The notes below the pieces were generated by a model. It was given only the letters and a program-made list of their open reading frames with translations. It was not told the origin of the DNA and did not search any database. Below are positions 27,885-37,044 of a stretch of 64,000 bases of DNA, one piece after another (within the stretch, counting starts at the first letter, position 1; every line of letters begins with the position of its first letter). The translations under genes were made by a program, and so were the position numbers. This stretch comes from Thermodesulfobacteriota bacterium. Lineage in GTDB: Bacteria; Desulfobacterota; Binatia; Bin18. The stretch spans positions 1,216,001 through 1,280,000 of the forward strand of contig OZ219926.1 in NCBI GenBank assembly GCA_964291405.2, read 5' to 3'.

Positions 27885-30800
27885 ATGCCTGGAACGAACA
27901 CAAAACTGACAACCGCAGTCGAAGACTACCTGACCGACCTCCGCCGGATACGGGCCTCGGGCGGGGCGACCGGCGAGCGGTCGTACTATCCGGCGCTGTC
28001 CGCCCTGCTCAACGCCGTGGGTACAACCCTGAAACCCAAGACGTTCTGCGTGGCCGAACTCGCAGCCCAAGGGGCGGGCCATCCCGACTTCGGGCTCTAC
28101 ACGGCCAAGCAAGTGCAGAAAGGCCAGCCGAAAGAAGGCCAAGTCCCGGAACGCGGTGTGGTCGAAGTAAAATCCGCCAGTGATAATGCCTGGCTGACCT
28201 CAGAGTCGGCCCAAGTCAGCCGCTATTGGGACCGCTACCGTCTCGTGCTGGTCACGAACACGCGCGACTTCGTCCTGTTGGGTGAAGACCCTGCCGGACA
28301 GCCGGCCACGCTCGAAACCTTTCGGCTGGCTGACAATGCCGAAGACTTCGCTCGGCGTCTGGAGCACTCCCGCACCTTTGCCCGCGATATCGGCGCTGGG
28401 CTCGGAGAATATCTCTGCCGCGCCCTGTCCCACCGGGCCGCCCTGACCGAGCCCAAAGACTTGGCATGGTTGCTGGCCTCGTATGCCCGTGACGCCTTAG
28501 CCCGGATTGCGACTGCCGACGACGCCCCACAACTCACCGCCCTGCGTACAGCCCTGGAGGAAGCGCTCGGAGTCCAATTCAAGGGCGACAAGGGCACGCG
28601 CTTTTTCTATTCAACTCTCGTCCAGACCTTATTCTACGGCGTCTTCTCCGCCTGGGTGTTGTGGGCGCGGCAAGTCCCGTCGCCACGGGGCACGTTCAAC
28701 TGGCATGAAGCCGTCTGGCATCTCCGCGCACCAGTACTACGCGCCTTGTTCCAACAGATTTCCGACCCCGGGCGTCTACAACCACTCGGTCTGGTCGAAG
28801 TCCTGGACTGGACCGCGGCGGCCCTCAACCGCGTGGACCGCGTGGCCTTCTTCGCCCGTTTCAACGAGGGCGAAGCCGTGCCCTATTTCTACGAACCCTT
28901 CCTCGAAGCCTTTGACCCCGACCTGCGCAAACAACTCGGCGTCTGGTACACCCCCGCCGAAGTCGTCCGCTACATGGTCGCCCGCGTGGATAAGGCGTTG
29001 AAGGATGACCTGAACATCCCGGACGGGTTGGCTGCGGACAATGTTTACGTCCTGGACCCGTGTTGCGGTACCGGGGCGTATCTGGCCGAAGTGTTACGCC
29101 GGATTGCTGAGAACCTTACCGGCAAAGGCATGGGCGCGCTCGCTGGCGCGCGGGTCAAACAGGCGGCCATCAACCGGGTGTTCGGCTTCGAGATCATGCC
29201 TGCCCCGTTTGTGGTGGCCCACCTGCAAGTCGGCCTGACCATGCAGGACTTGGACGCCCCCCTGGCGGACGACGGCAATGAGCGCCCCGGTGTCTTCCTC
29301 ACCAACGCCCTGACCGGCTGGGAGCCCCACACCACCAAACCCCTCCCCTTCCCCGAACTCGAAGAAGAACGCGACCGGGCCGAGCGGGTCAAGCAGAACA
29401 CCCCGATTCTGGTGATTCTGGGTAACCCGCCCTACAACGGCTTTGCCGGCATGGCCGTAGACGAAGAGCGGGTATTGTCGGAAGCCTACCGCGTGACCAA
29501 GCGGGTACGGCGGCCTGAAGGCCAGGGGTTGAACGATCTGTACGTGCGTTTCTTCCGTATGGCGGAACGCCGGATTGCCGAGAAGACCGGGCAAGGGGTG
29601 GTGTGTTTCATCTCCAACTATTCGTGGTTGGATGGGTTGTCGTTTACCGGGATGAGAGAGCGGTATCTGGAAGTGTTTAACGCCATTCGGATTGATTGTC
29701 TCAACGGCGATAAATACAAGACCGGCAAGGTTGCACCGGACGGGACACCCGACCCGAGTATTTTTTCCACGCCCAGTGACCCGGTAGGGATACAGGTGGG
29801 GACGGCTATTGCGACGCTGGTACGCAAGGCCAACCATGCCCCGGCTGAAACTATTGGCTTTCGGCATCTGTGGGGGCAGACGAAACGGGAGGAACTGTTA
29901 GAGACAGCGGAGGCAGAGCCAGCGACGCTCTACGACGCTATCGAGCCCGTACTGCCGCTGGGGTTGCCATTGGTCCGAACGGCGGTCAGTAAGGACTATT
30001 TCGACTGGCCAGCGCTGCCTGAACTGTTCCCAGCCTCATTTCCTGGAGTGCAGACTGGTCGTGATACGTTTCTCGTTGATATCGATCTTGACCGGCTCAA
30101 GGAGCGTGTCAACGATTACTTCAATACATCGTTGTGGCATGAAGAGATCGCGCGGCGCTATCCGCGTGTGATGACGGACACGGCACGGTTCGATGCACGG
30201 AGAGTGCGCGACACGCTGCTCACGCGTGGCGGTCCAGACGAGGCTGGCTTCGTCCGCTACGCCTATCGACCGTTCGATAATCGGTGGCTGTATTGGGAAG
30301 CAGAAACGAAGCTGCTACGCGAGAAAAGTCCCCGCTACCCGCGGCAAGTGTTCGAGGGGAATAAGTTTATTGAAGCACGCGAGCGGGAAACCAAAGAAGA
30401 CTTTTCACGGGGAACTCTGGTTCGAGGCTTGGCTGATAATTTTGGCAATGGGTTTTCGAGCTTCTTCCCTATGTGGCTCTACGACGACGGGATCAGAAGC
30501 AACGGCGACAGCACACGCCGCGTCAATCTTTCGGGAAAGGCCCAACGATGGCTCAATCATCTTGGCATGGGCGTGGAGGACTTGTTCCATCATATCTTAG
30601 CCGTCCTGCACGACCCCAATTACCGTGAAGCCAACGCCGACGCTCTGCGCATGGACTGGCCGCGTATCCCACTCCCCGGCTGGCCCCTTCCTGGGAGCGC
30701 GGGCATCTTGCCCGCCTCCGACGCAACGAATGCACTCGCCCAATCCGTAGCGCGTGGACGTGAGCTCGCCGCCCTGCTTGACCCGGATACGCCCGTGCCC

Positions 30801-31229
30801 GGCGTGACAACCGGAACCCTCCGCCCGAAGGTCGCTGCTATTGCCGTACCCGCTACGGTGGACGGACGGAACATGATCGGAGACGATTTCGCACTGACCG
30901 CTGGGTGGGGACACTACGGCACGGGTGATGCCGTTATGCCCGGCCAAGGGCGGGTGGTCGAACGCGATTACACGGCGGACGAACGCACTGCTTTGGGGGA
31001 TGCTCCCGGCGTGCTTGGTCAGACCACGTTCGACATTTACCTGAACGGCAACGCCTACTGGCGCAATGTTCCGGCTGCTGTCTGGCGCTACAAGCTGGGC
31101 GGCTATCAGGTGCTCAAGAAATGGTTGTCATATCGGGAACGGGCCGTGCTGGGGCGGGCGCTGTTGCCGGAGGAGGTGTGGTATTTTGCGGAGGTGGCGC
31201 GGCGGATTGGGGCGATATTGGATCGATAA
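27885..31229 (+). CDS. Single-chain restriction-modification enzyme (Type IIG-like, N6-adenine methyltransferase, Type ISP-like C-terminus)
   Basis: N-terminal HPDF...VEVK nuclease motif, YYTP-like WYTP, LDPCCGTG, GNPPY, YRPFD, GGYQVLKKWLSYR. Confidence 0.85.
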   Translation: MPGTNTKLTTAVEDYLTDLRRIRASGGATGERSYYPALSALLNAVGTTLKPKTFCVAELAAQGAGHPDFGLYTAKQVQKGQPKEGQVPERGVVEVKSASDNAWLTSESAQVSRYWDRYRLVLVTNTRDFVLLGEDPAGQPATLETFRLADNAEDFARRLEHSRTFARDIGAGLGEYLCRALSHRAALTEPKDLAWLLASYARDALARIATADDAPQLTALRTALEEALGVQFKGDKGTRFFYSTLVQTLFYGVFSAWVLWARQVPSPRGTFNWHEAVWHLRAPVLRALFQQISDPGRLQPLGLVEVLDWTAAALNRVDRVAFFARFNEGEAVPYFYEPFLEAFDPDLRKQLGVWYTPAEVVRYMVARVDKALKDDLNIPDGLAADNVYVLDPCCGTGAYLAEVLRRIAENLTGKGMGALAGARVKQAAINRVFGFEIMPAPFVVAHLQVGLTMQDLDAPLADDGNERPGVFLTNALTGWEPHTTKPLPFPELEEERDRAERVKQNTPILVILGNPPYNGFAGMAVDEERVLSEAYRVTKRVRRPEGQGLNDLYVRFFRMAERRIAEKTGQGVVCFISNYSWLDGLSFTGMRERYLEVFNAIRIDCLNGDKYKTGKVAPDGTPDPSIFSTPSDPVGIQVGTAIATLVRKANHAPAETIGFRHLWGQTKREELLETAEAEPATLYDAIEPVLPLGLPLVRTAVSKDYFDWPALPELFPASFPGVQTGRDTFLVDIDLDRLKERVNDYFNTSLWHEEIARRYPRVMTDTARFDARRVRDTLLTRGGPDEAGFVRYAYRPFDNRWLYWEAETKLLREKSPRYPRQVFEGNKFIEARERETKEDFSRGTLVRGLADNFGNGFSSFFPMWLYDDGIRSNGDSTRRVNLSGKAQRWLNHLGMGVEDLFHHILAVLHDPNYREANADALRMDWPRIPLPGWPLPGSAGILPASDATNALAQSVARGRELAALLDPDTPVPGVTTGTLRPKVAAIAVPATVDGRNMIGDDFALTAGWGHYGTGDAVMPGQGRVVERDYTADERTALGDAPGVLGQTTFDIYLNGNAYWRNVPAAVWRYKLGGYQVLKKWLSYRERAVLGRALLPEEVWYFAEVARRIGAILDR

Positions 31230-31247
31230 CAAGCTATATCGTTCTTA

Positions 31248-32120
31248 TTAACGAAACGACTCGGGTCTTACGATCTCGCACATAAAGCGAATAGCGTCTT
31301 CGACGCGAGTTTTTATCGAGGCCAATTGCTGTGGCGAGAATATTCCGGCAGGACCATGCGCGCCAGAATTTAGTTCTTTGAAGAGGATAACGACGTTATC
31401 AATGTTAGCGTTAATGAAGTCTTCAAGTTCGTTATTTGCACTATCGTTTCGATCAAGGCAGTAATGGATTTTGGCGCGGCGGGTGGGAGTCCCTTTATCT
31501 GTGGTTTGGCAGTTAGGAAAGCGAGCAAAAACATCGTCATCTGGTGCCTTGGTATCAAGAATCTCCGTAATGATCTCTCGGGTACTGATACAAAAATGGC
31601 GGGCAGCATCGGGATTCTCAGGATTGAGTGCGTAGATAGCACCATGCCAGCGGCGGTCCAAATCCGGGGAGATGTGTGCTAACCCATCGGCGATCAGAGT
31701 GTTCTTGAGATCATCATCAGAAACTTGGGAATCAGCAGTATCGTCTAGGAGGTCGTTGAGGACGGTTACGCCGTTGGTCGCTTCCTGTTCGGCAAGATCC
31801 GAAAGGAAGGGGTTGGCTCCAGCAGTGTCCAACCGCTTGTACGCAGTGGAGAGTGTGGATACTGATTTGGAGAGCGCGGTATAGCGGACGGTGTTGGTCT
31901 GCTGAGCGAAGCGTTGTAGTGCAGATTGTAGGCGGGTTCGGTTAGCTCGTACGCGTGCATTGTGGGTGCGTACATCCCGGTTGTAAGCGTCAATCGCCTG
32001 TTTCCTCTTGGTGTTGTATTGTCGGATCTCGTTATTGAGCTTTTGAACATTCTGGCGCTGCTTAGCCTGCGCCTGTCGCAGCATGGAACGGTATTGGGAC
32101 GGGGTTACGCGGCGGGCCAT
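31248..32120 (-). CDS. Coiled-coil protein with a putative pPIWI-associating-type (HEPN-like) nuclease domain
   Basis: NPDAARHFCISTREI...APD...PTRRAKIHY...LNSGAH pattern; AT-richer than the flanks; family assignment from memory. Confidence 0.55.
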   Translation of the reverse strand: MARRVTPSQYRSMLRQAQAKQRQNVQKLNNEIRQYNTKRKQAIDAYNRDVRTHNARVRANRTRLQSALQRFAQQTNTVRYTALSKSVSTLSTAYKRLDTAGANPFLSDLAEQEATNGVTVLNDLLDDTADSQVSDDDLKNTLIADGLAHISPDLDRRWHGAIYALNPENPDAARHFCISTREIITEILDTKAPDDDVFARFPNCQTTDKGTPTRRAKIHYCLDRNDSANNELEDFINANIDNVVILFKELNSGAHGPAGIFSPQQLASIKTRVEDAIRFMCEIVRPESFR

Positions 32121-32213
32121 AATAATATCCCTCGCAGATAATATAAGCTTGCTAAATGTAATATATTGTATTCCTAGACTCAAGACACACAGTATATAGT
32201 ATCAGTGTTGCCC

Positions 32214-32257
32214 AGCCCGTAGGTCGGCTTACGCTGCGCTAAGCTGACCTACGGGCT
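32214..32257. repeat. GTAG-type REP hairpin (may also act as a terminator)
   Basis: AGCCCGTAGGTCGGCTTA-CGCTGCGC-TAAGCTGACCTACGGGCT; 18-bp stem with one G-T pair. Confidence 0.75.
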
Positions 32258-32262
32258 ATCGA

Positions 32263-32700
32263 TTATCCCAAATGGACAATTTCGACATCGCCCCATTGCC
32301 TTTCGAGATATTCTGCAACCAGCCGGCGGTGGCAGTGCTCGGGCTTGTCCTCACTGCATAACAGGCATCCATTGGAGATTGTCCTTTTTATGCCCTTCTT
32401 ACTAATACGCCTCTTGTCCATAAGGGCCAAAAACTGGCGCTCATATGTTTCCCAGTCCTTGTGCTCTTTACGATAGGCGTCCAGCATCTCTTTGGTAGGG
32501 GCAAGGTCCGGCAGATGAACGTACTTCATCCGGCAGATTTTTTTCAGAAAATATGCAAGGTCATCTCTTTTGGCGAATCCCGCCAGTTGGGAGATATTGT
32601 TCAGTCGGACATCAACCAAACGTTTTGCGCCGGACTCGCGGAGGAGTTCAAAGAAAGTGGCAGCGGATTTTTTCGTGAAACCAATAGTATATACTTTCAA
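32263..32700 (-). CDS. DUF488 family protein (short)
   Basis: YTIGFT, LVDVR, LLCSEDKPEHCHR; TTG start overlapping the upstream stop by 4 bp. Confidence 0.88.
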   Translation of the reverse strand: MKVYTIGFTKKSAATFFELLRESGAKRLVDVRLNNISQLAGFAKRDDLAYFLKKICRMKYVHLPDLAPTKEMLDAYRKEHKDWETYERQFLALMDKRRISKKGIKRTISNGCLLCSEDKPEHCHRRLVAEYLERQWGDVEIVHLG

Positions 32701-33332
32701 AGCACACTCTCCCGCTGGTTGGCACTGGCCTGGGATTTTTCGTCAGTATAGGCCACTTTCTGCGCCTGACGGGTAAGAGCGTCAGCGATGACCTCTGCTC
32801 TGGAGGTGAACATATCGCCATCATGGGGCAGTTTGAACAGGTCCAACAGCCGGTCCATAGCAGCGGAGTGATTTTCTATTCTGCCGTCGGCCAGGATATG
32901 CTCAACTGCAACGCCGCGTTCTGAAAGTATCCGGGCAACCAACAGCGTACGGTGGCATTCCAAGGGTTCTTTCTCGGTACACATCAGGGCAATGCGGCGT
33001 TCATTGGCGTCTCGCATGACACGTCTGAGACCGTCATCAAACAGGGCCGTATTCGCTACCCGGTCGTACCGGACTCTCCCCTTAGTATCGTAGCACGAGC
33101 GGTCGGAAGGTCGTCCGCCCAGTTCGCGACCCAGAAACACATACCCGATTCCCATGCCCTCCAGCATTCTGTTCAGACTTTCGGAGTTGAAGTACGAAAT
33201 ATGTCGGCTGTACGGGGTCGAGCGAACATCAACGACTTCAGCCACGTCGTGCCGTAGCAGCAGTTGGATGAACGTTTCCGGCGAATGGTTGGAGTGGCCG
33301 ACCGTGAACACCGTATATTGGGTTGCGCTCAT
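32697..33332 (-). CDS. DUF488 family protein (long)
   Basis: FTVGHS, VDVRSTP, ELGGR, LMCTEKEPLECHR. Confidence 0.88.
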   Translation of the reverse strand: MSATQYTVFTVGHSNHSPETFIQLLLRHDVAEVVDVRSTPYSRHISYFNSESLNRMLEGMGIGYVFLGRELGGRPSDRSCYDTKGRVRYDRVANTALFDDGLRRVMRDANERRIALMCTEKEPLECHRTLLVARILSERGVAVEHILADGRIENHSAAMDRLLDLFKLPHDGDMFTSRAEVIADALTRQAQKVAYTDEKSQASANQRESVL

Positions 33333-33347
33333 TGTGTTATTCCTCCG

Positions 33348-34025
33348 TCAAGGCTCGATAATGGCGGCAATGAGTTTGTAAGCATAGCCGTGAAAGGGCT
33401 CGCCAAGGCTGACCGTGAGAAACCTCTCTCCAATTTGATAACTACCATCAGGTTGTCGCAGATACTGCCGCGTACAAGTAGGATCTGTAACCCGAAGCCA
33501 ATAAGCTATTCCATTATACCTAAACCGGCCTTGCACGCTTCGTCGGTAGCTACCCAGTCGGGAAACATATAATTCTAGCCTGTCAACCTTGATGAGGCGT
33601 AGCGAGTGATTCAGCGATCTAGCGTCACGGATTGGAACTCTGTCGTTCATTCCGTTTGCGGAACTACGTCCGTTAATCCAAAGCGGCGCTACTGGGTCAG
33701 TGAATTGCGACAGTTCATTCGGAGTGACACTGCGAATCTTTTGCCAGTAATATTCTGGATCAAGCAACCAATTCTCTTGTTGGTAATCTTCTGGTTGCGC
33801 ATTGAGAATAGGCACGTCAATAACGTCAAGAACGCGAGGATCACTCCCGTCCTCATACTGCCGCTCCTCCTCCGATACTTCCTGACTCTCCCGATCGCTT
33901 ACAGGGCGAATCCAATCTCTAACCTGCCCATCCTCTCGAATCTCTTTGCCTGCTATACAGCGGCCACTCATCTTGCGGGAGTTTGCAAGGCACACGATAC
34001 GCTTGATGATCTTAGTAGCCATCAT
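33348..34025 (-). CDS. Dual OB-fold-type protein associated with DUF488
   Basis: IVCLANSRK.SGRCIAG, WIRPVS, QENW, VTDP, TVSLGEPF..YAYKLIAAII; family assignment from memory. Confidence 0.6.
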   Translation of the reverse strand: MMATKIIKRIVCLANSRKMSGRCIAGKEIREDGQVRDWIRPVSDRESQEVSEEERQYEDGSDPRVLDVIDVPILNAQPEDYQQENWLLDPEYYWQKIRSVTPNELSQFTDPVAPLWINGRSSANGMNDRVPIRDARSLNHSLRLIKVDRLELYVSRLGSYRRSVQGRFRYNGIAYWLRVTDPTCTRQYLRQPDGSYQIGERFLTVSLGEPFHGYAYKLIAAIIEP

Positions 34026-34092
34026 TTTCCTTCTGTAAGATGATCTGACACTATTATACAAGCGATTCTACAGACACAACTCCGCTAGCCCC

Positions 34093-34122
34093 GTAGGTCG
34101 GATTAGCGGAGGATAATCCAAC
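34093..34122. repeat. GTAG-type REP copy
   Basis: GTAGGTCGGATTAGCGGAGGATAATCCAAC; matches the unit at 6643-6672. Confidence 0.7.
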
Positions 34123-34176
34123 ATTTCCGTTGCTTTTGTACTTGTCTGTCGGACACTTTTATTTGCACGGTCAAAG

Positions 34177-35430
34177 TCAGCGTCGGCGTGAAGTTCCCGG
34201 CAGTAATAGCTGTTGGGGAAATGCAATCCGGTCTGTGGGACTGACCCGTCTCAGCATCCGCGAGCGTACCGTGCCATCTGGACGGAGAATATCAATTTCC
34301 CTTTCTCGAAAAAGTTCGAGGACGACGGAATCAAGGTCTGAGAAGCGAGCGGCGGTTCTATTCGCAAACATATGCCGCATCGTATCTATGGTGACAGGCT
34401 CTTCAGACGCCAAACTGAAAAGCTCGTCGGGCATTGAGTTGAGCAGTTGCCTGCGCATAGCCTCGGCGTCCAGTTCTTCAAAATGGAACAGTGGAAGTGT
34501 TTCTGAGTTCAAAGCGTCCCATCCCAGCATGTCGAAGCCACCGGGACCATAGTGCTCGAATTTATTGTAATTGTTCCAGTGACATTGGATCATCACATCA
34601 CGTGCTGTGGGGTGTCTCGAAAGATGAAGAAACCACAGGGCGCGCCGCGACTGTCTGGGCCGAATAAAGAACGGCGTATCATAGGTCGCTTTCGTTGCGT
34701 TACGAATGTGTCCCCGGAGTACTCTTTGAACGAGTGCTCTTCCGCCATCACCATTACGGAGTTGGATCAAGTCGGATATTCGTTGTTCTGTCAGTTCGAG
34801 TGGAGTGACCATTCGGACAAATTCCGGCGTCTCCGCAAGAAAGTTGGTGAGGGCGTCTGCCGCAAACGTCAGAATAATCTCCGCAGCAGGTAGCTCACTG
34901 AAAATCCGAGCGATGAGGCTGATTTCCACCTGTGAAAAGCCGCACTGGTCCAGCAGAAAAAGTGAGCGGCCAGCTCTTGGTTGGCGACGGCGAATTTCGG
35001 TGATAATCCCGTCCACCACATCTTCAAACGGACTGTTACGGACAACGATCTTTTCGTTATCCACCTGATAGCCGCGTTCGTCCAAGACTTTTTGGAGGTG
35101 GTTTGTGTGAGCAGCTTCTACATCAACAAAATAATATTTGAAGTCGAAATGAAGGGTTTTGGTACGATCCTGGCTCAGCCTCTCTATCGCGGCTTCAGAT
35201 TCCTCAAGCATGATTAAAGGCGTGCCGGACACGATCTCGTCGCCATCCAGAAACGTCCCTCCGCCTGCGAAGCCATCAATAAGATCGAGCTTGAATTGAT
35301 CGCGAGAAGGGTTGATGCTCAGCCTGTCGAAATAAGCACGAAGATAACTGCGTAAGACATCAAGTTTCGCCTTGCTGTGTTCTTCTATCGAAGGCGGGGG
35401 TTCATCAGGATGCCATTTGAAGTCTGCCAT
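34177..35430 (-). CDS. tcmP: Three-Cys-motif partner protein (methyltransferase-like fold)
   Basis: EHSKAKLDVLRSYL, IDGFAGGG, SGTP, LLDQCG; overlaps the DUF5131 gene by 26 bp. Confidence 0.8.
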   Translation of the reverse strand: MADFKWHPDEPPPSIEEHSKAKLDVLRSYLRAYFDRLSINPSRDQFKLDLIDGFAGGGTFLDGDEIVSGTPLIMLEESEAAIERLSQDRTKTLHFDFKYYFVDVEAAHTNHLQKVLDERGYQVDNEKIVVRNSPFEDVVDGIITEIRRRQPRAGRSLFLLDQCGFSQVEISLIARIFSELPAAEIILTFAADALTNFLAETPEFVRMVTPLELTEQRISDLIQLRNGDGGRALVQRVLRGHIRNATKATYDTPFFIRPRQSRRALWFLHLSRHPTARDVMIQCHWNNYNKFEHYGPGGFDMLGWDALNSETLPLFHFEELDAEAMRRQLLNSMPDELFSLASEEPVTIDTMRHMFANRTAARFSDLDSVVLELFREREIDILRPDGTVRSRMLRRVSPTDRIAFPQQLLLPGTSRRR

Positions 35431-36166
35431 CTTCCCCCGCCTCCAAATACCTGGGCACCCCGTTGTACTCGATTCCCTCTAGTATGCGTCCCTTTGCTTT
35501 CGGCGTCGGTCCACCCCACTGCTTGAAAAAGAAGGGCACGCCCTCCTGCTCGCAGCGATCCCGTACCTCAATGACCCACTCGGGCCGCATGGGCCGGGCC
35601 TTGGGGCCGCTTTCTCCGCCGACGATGACCCAGGCGATCCCCTGGAGGTCTAGATCCCCTATGGGGCCGAGCAATGGCTCGATGGAAAGAAAGCGCGTGG
35701 AGATGGGAGCCTGCTGAAGATGCCGGACCCTGGCGGTCGCCGTGTGGTCTTCAACCGACACTCCGCACCAAATATGCCGTGGGGTAGGACGCGATTGATA
35801 GCGGCGCTGGACATATCTTTTCATGAGCGTACTCCGCTTCGTCAATATCTGGAAAATATGCCGATCAGCCGCTTCCATGATGTCGAACACTTGGTCGATA
35901 AATGTTGTGGGAACCCGCTTGTGGAAGAGATCACTCATGGAATTTACAAAGATCATGCGTGGGCGTTTCCACGTCAGTGGTTGGCTCAGGCGCTCAGGCC
36001 GTAGCGTTAAATCGAACCCGTGTTCAAAGGGGTGTCCGGGAACGCCCCGAAAGCGCTCGGAGAAGCGCTCAGCGTAACAGTGGTCACAGCCCCGCGTGAT
36101 CTTGGTACAGCCTGTCACCGGGTTCCAGGTTGCGTCCGTCCACTCGATTGTAGATTTATAGCTCAT
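35405..36166 (-). CDS. DUF5131 / phage Gp37-Gp68 family protein (radical-SAM-like)
   Basis: IEWTDATWNPVTGCTKITRGCDHCYA (Cx6Cx2C), VNSMSDLFH, QILTKR, EPLL, GGESG, FFFKQWGG. Confidence 0.92.
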   Translation of the reverse strand: MSYKSTIEWTDATWNPVTGCTKITRGCDHCYAERFSERFRGVPGHPFEHGFDLTLRPERLSQPLTWKRPRMIFVNSMSDLFHKRVPTTFIDQVFDIMEAADRHIFQILTKRSTLMKRYVQRRYQSRPTPRHIWCGVSVEDHTATARVRHLQQAPISTRFLSIEPLLGPIGDLDLQGIAWVIVGGESGPKARPMRPEWVIEVRDRCEQEGVPFFFKQWGGPTPKAKGRILEGIEYNGVPRYLEAGEDGRLQMAS

Positions 36167-36182
36167 GGTGACACTACGTTAC

Positions 36183-36205
36183 GTTATGCGCACGGCGTGC
36201 GCTAC
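36183..36205. repeat. Short GTAG-type REP-like palindrome (second family)
   Basis: Reverse complement reads GTAGCGCACGCCGTGCGCATAAC. Confidence 0.45.
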
Positions 36206-36338
36206 TTGGTTGTCTCAGCATCGGTATCAACTCATAGGCGAATATAAAGCGAAAGTAAAGCTCGAACCTGATGTGAATAACGTCCCAGCCTCGGCAGGGC
36301 GAATCGCGACGATATTGGTGACAACCGATACGCCAGCA

Positions 36339-36371
36339 GTATCGGATTATGCCTCCGGCTCACCGATCTAC
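36339..36371. repeat. Degenerate GTAG-type REP copy
   Basis: GTATCGGATTATGCCTCCGGCTCACCGATCTAC; aligns with 27545-27577 and 6683-6715. Confidence 0.65.
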
Positions 36372-36492
36372 AGGACTAATCCATTTTGTTGCAGCTCAGC
36401 GTCGATTTGAGCCTGATTGTATGTTTCAGTAAACTCACGGACAAAATAGGTTTACTCTCTGCTCGGAGGACGAGCAAGAAAGGAGCGCAACC

Positions 36493-37044
36493 TTGGAACG
36501 AAGAATCCGTATACTCGCCCTGAGTCTGATCCTCCTATTCTGTCTCGGTCTCGTCAATCTCTCCTTCTCTGATGACGCGATTCGTCTGGAAAGCTGGCGG
36601 CATAGACCGAATGAGGGCAACTTTGCCCAAGGGATTGCCGGAGTCTACCTCATCCGCCACCTCACAGACGAGGGCACGACGAATTCCTTCCGATTGATTT
36701 CCTTAACTGCAGAGGGGAACTGGGCCAGCACCCATTCCGGTCAGCACGACATCTTTGGCTCCGCCCGATTCAGCGACCAGCACGGGGTGTGGGCGCGGTC
36801 GGGCTGGCGGGAAATTACCGCGGAGGTGGTCGATTTCAACCTAGACGCCTTGACCGGAGCGCATACCGATATCGTGCGCGTCCGCTATGTGGTGCAATTC
36901 AGCAAAGATTTACAGTCCGTCACCGGTACGCAGAGGGGGCGGGTCTTTCCGCTTGATCAAGACCCGCTGGACCCGGAGGCGGTACCGGCCATGGAGTTTG
37001 ACTCGATATTCTCAGGACAGCGCGTGACAGTCGAGTCCGAGTAG
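36493..37044 (+). CDS. Hypothetical exported protein
   Basis: AAGGAG RBS, TTG start, basic plus hydrophobic signal peptide, beta-rich mature region. Confidence 0.7.
   Translation: MERRIRILALSLILLFCLGLVNLSFSDDAIRLESWRHRPNEGNFAQGIAGVYLIRHLTDEGTTNSFRLISLTAEGNWASTHSGQHDIFGSARFSDQHGVWARSGWREITAEVVDFNLDALTGAHTDIVRVRYVVQFSKDLQSVTGTQRGRVFPLDQDPLDPEAVPAMEFDSIFSGQRVTVESE

Noticed and set aside
35405-36166. Prophage, suggested by the Gp37/Gp68 name
   Set aside because: No structural, terminase, integrase or lysis genes in the window
27545-36371. CRISPR array or integron attC array
   Set aside because: Spacing is kilobases and irregular, orientations are mixed, and there is no cas or intI gene or attC core motif; the repeats are GTAG-type REPs
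36368-36451. Minus-strand fragment TYFVREFTETYNQAQIDAELQQNGLVL-stop ending at a REP
   Set aside because: Could be a gene remnant, but it is too short, has no start codon and no recognisable family
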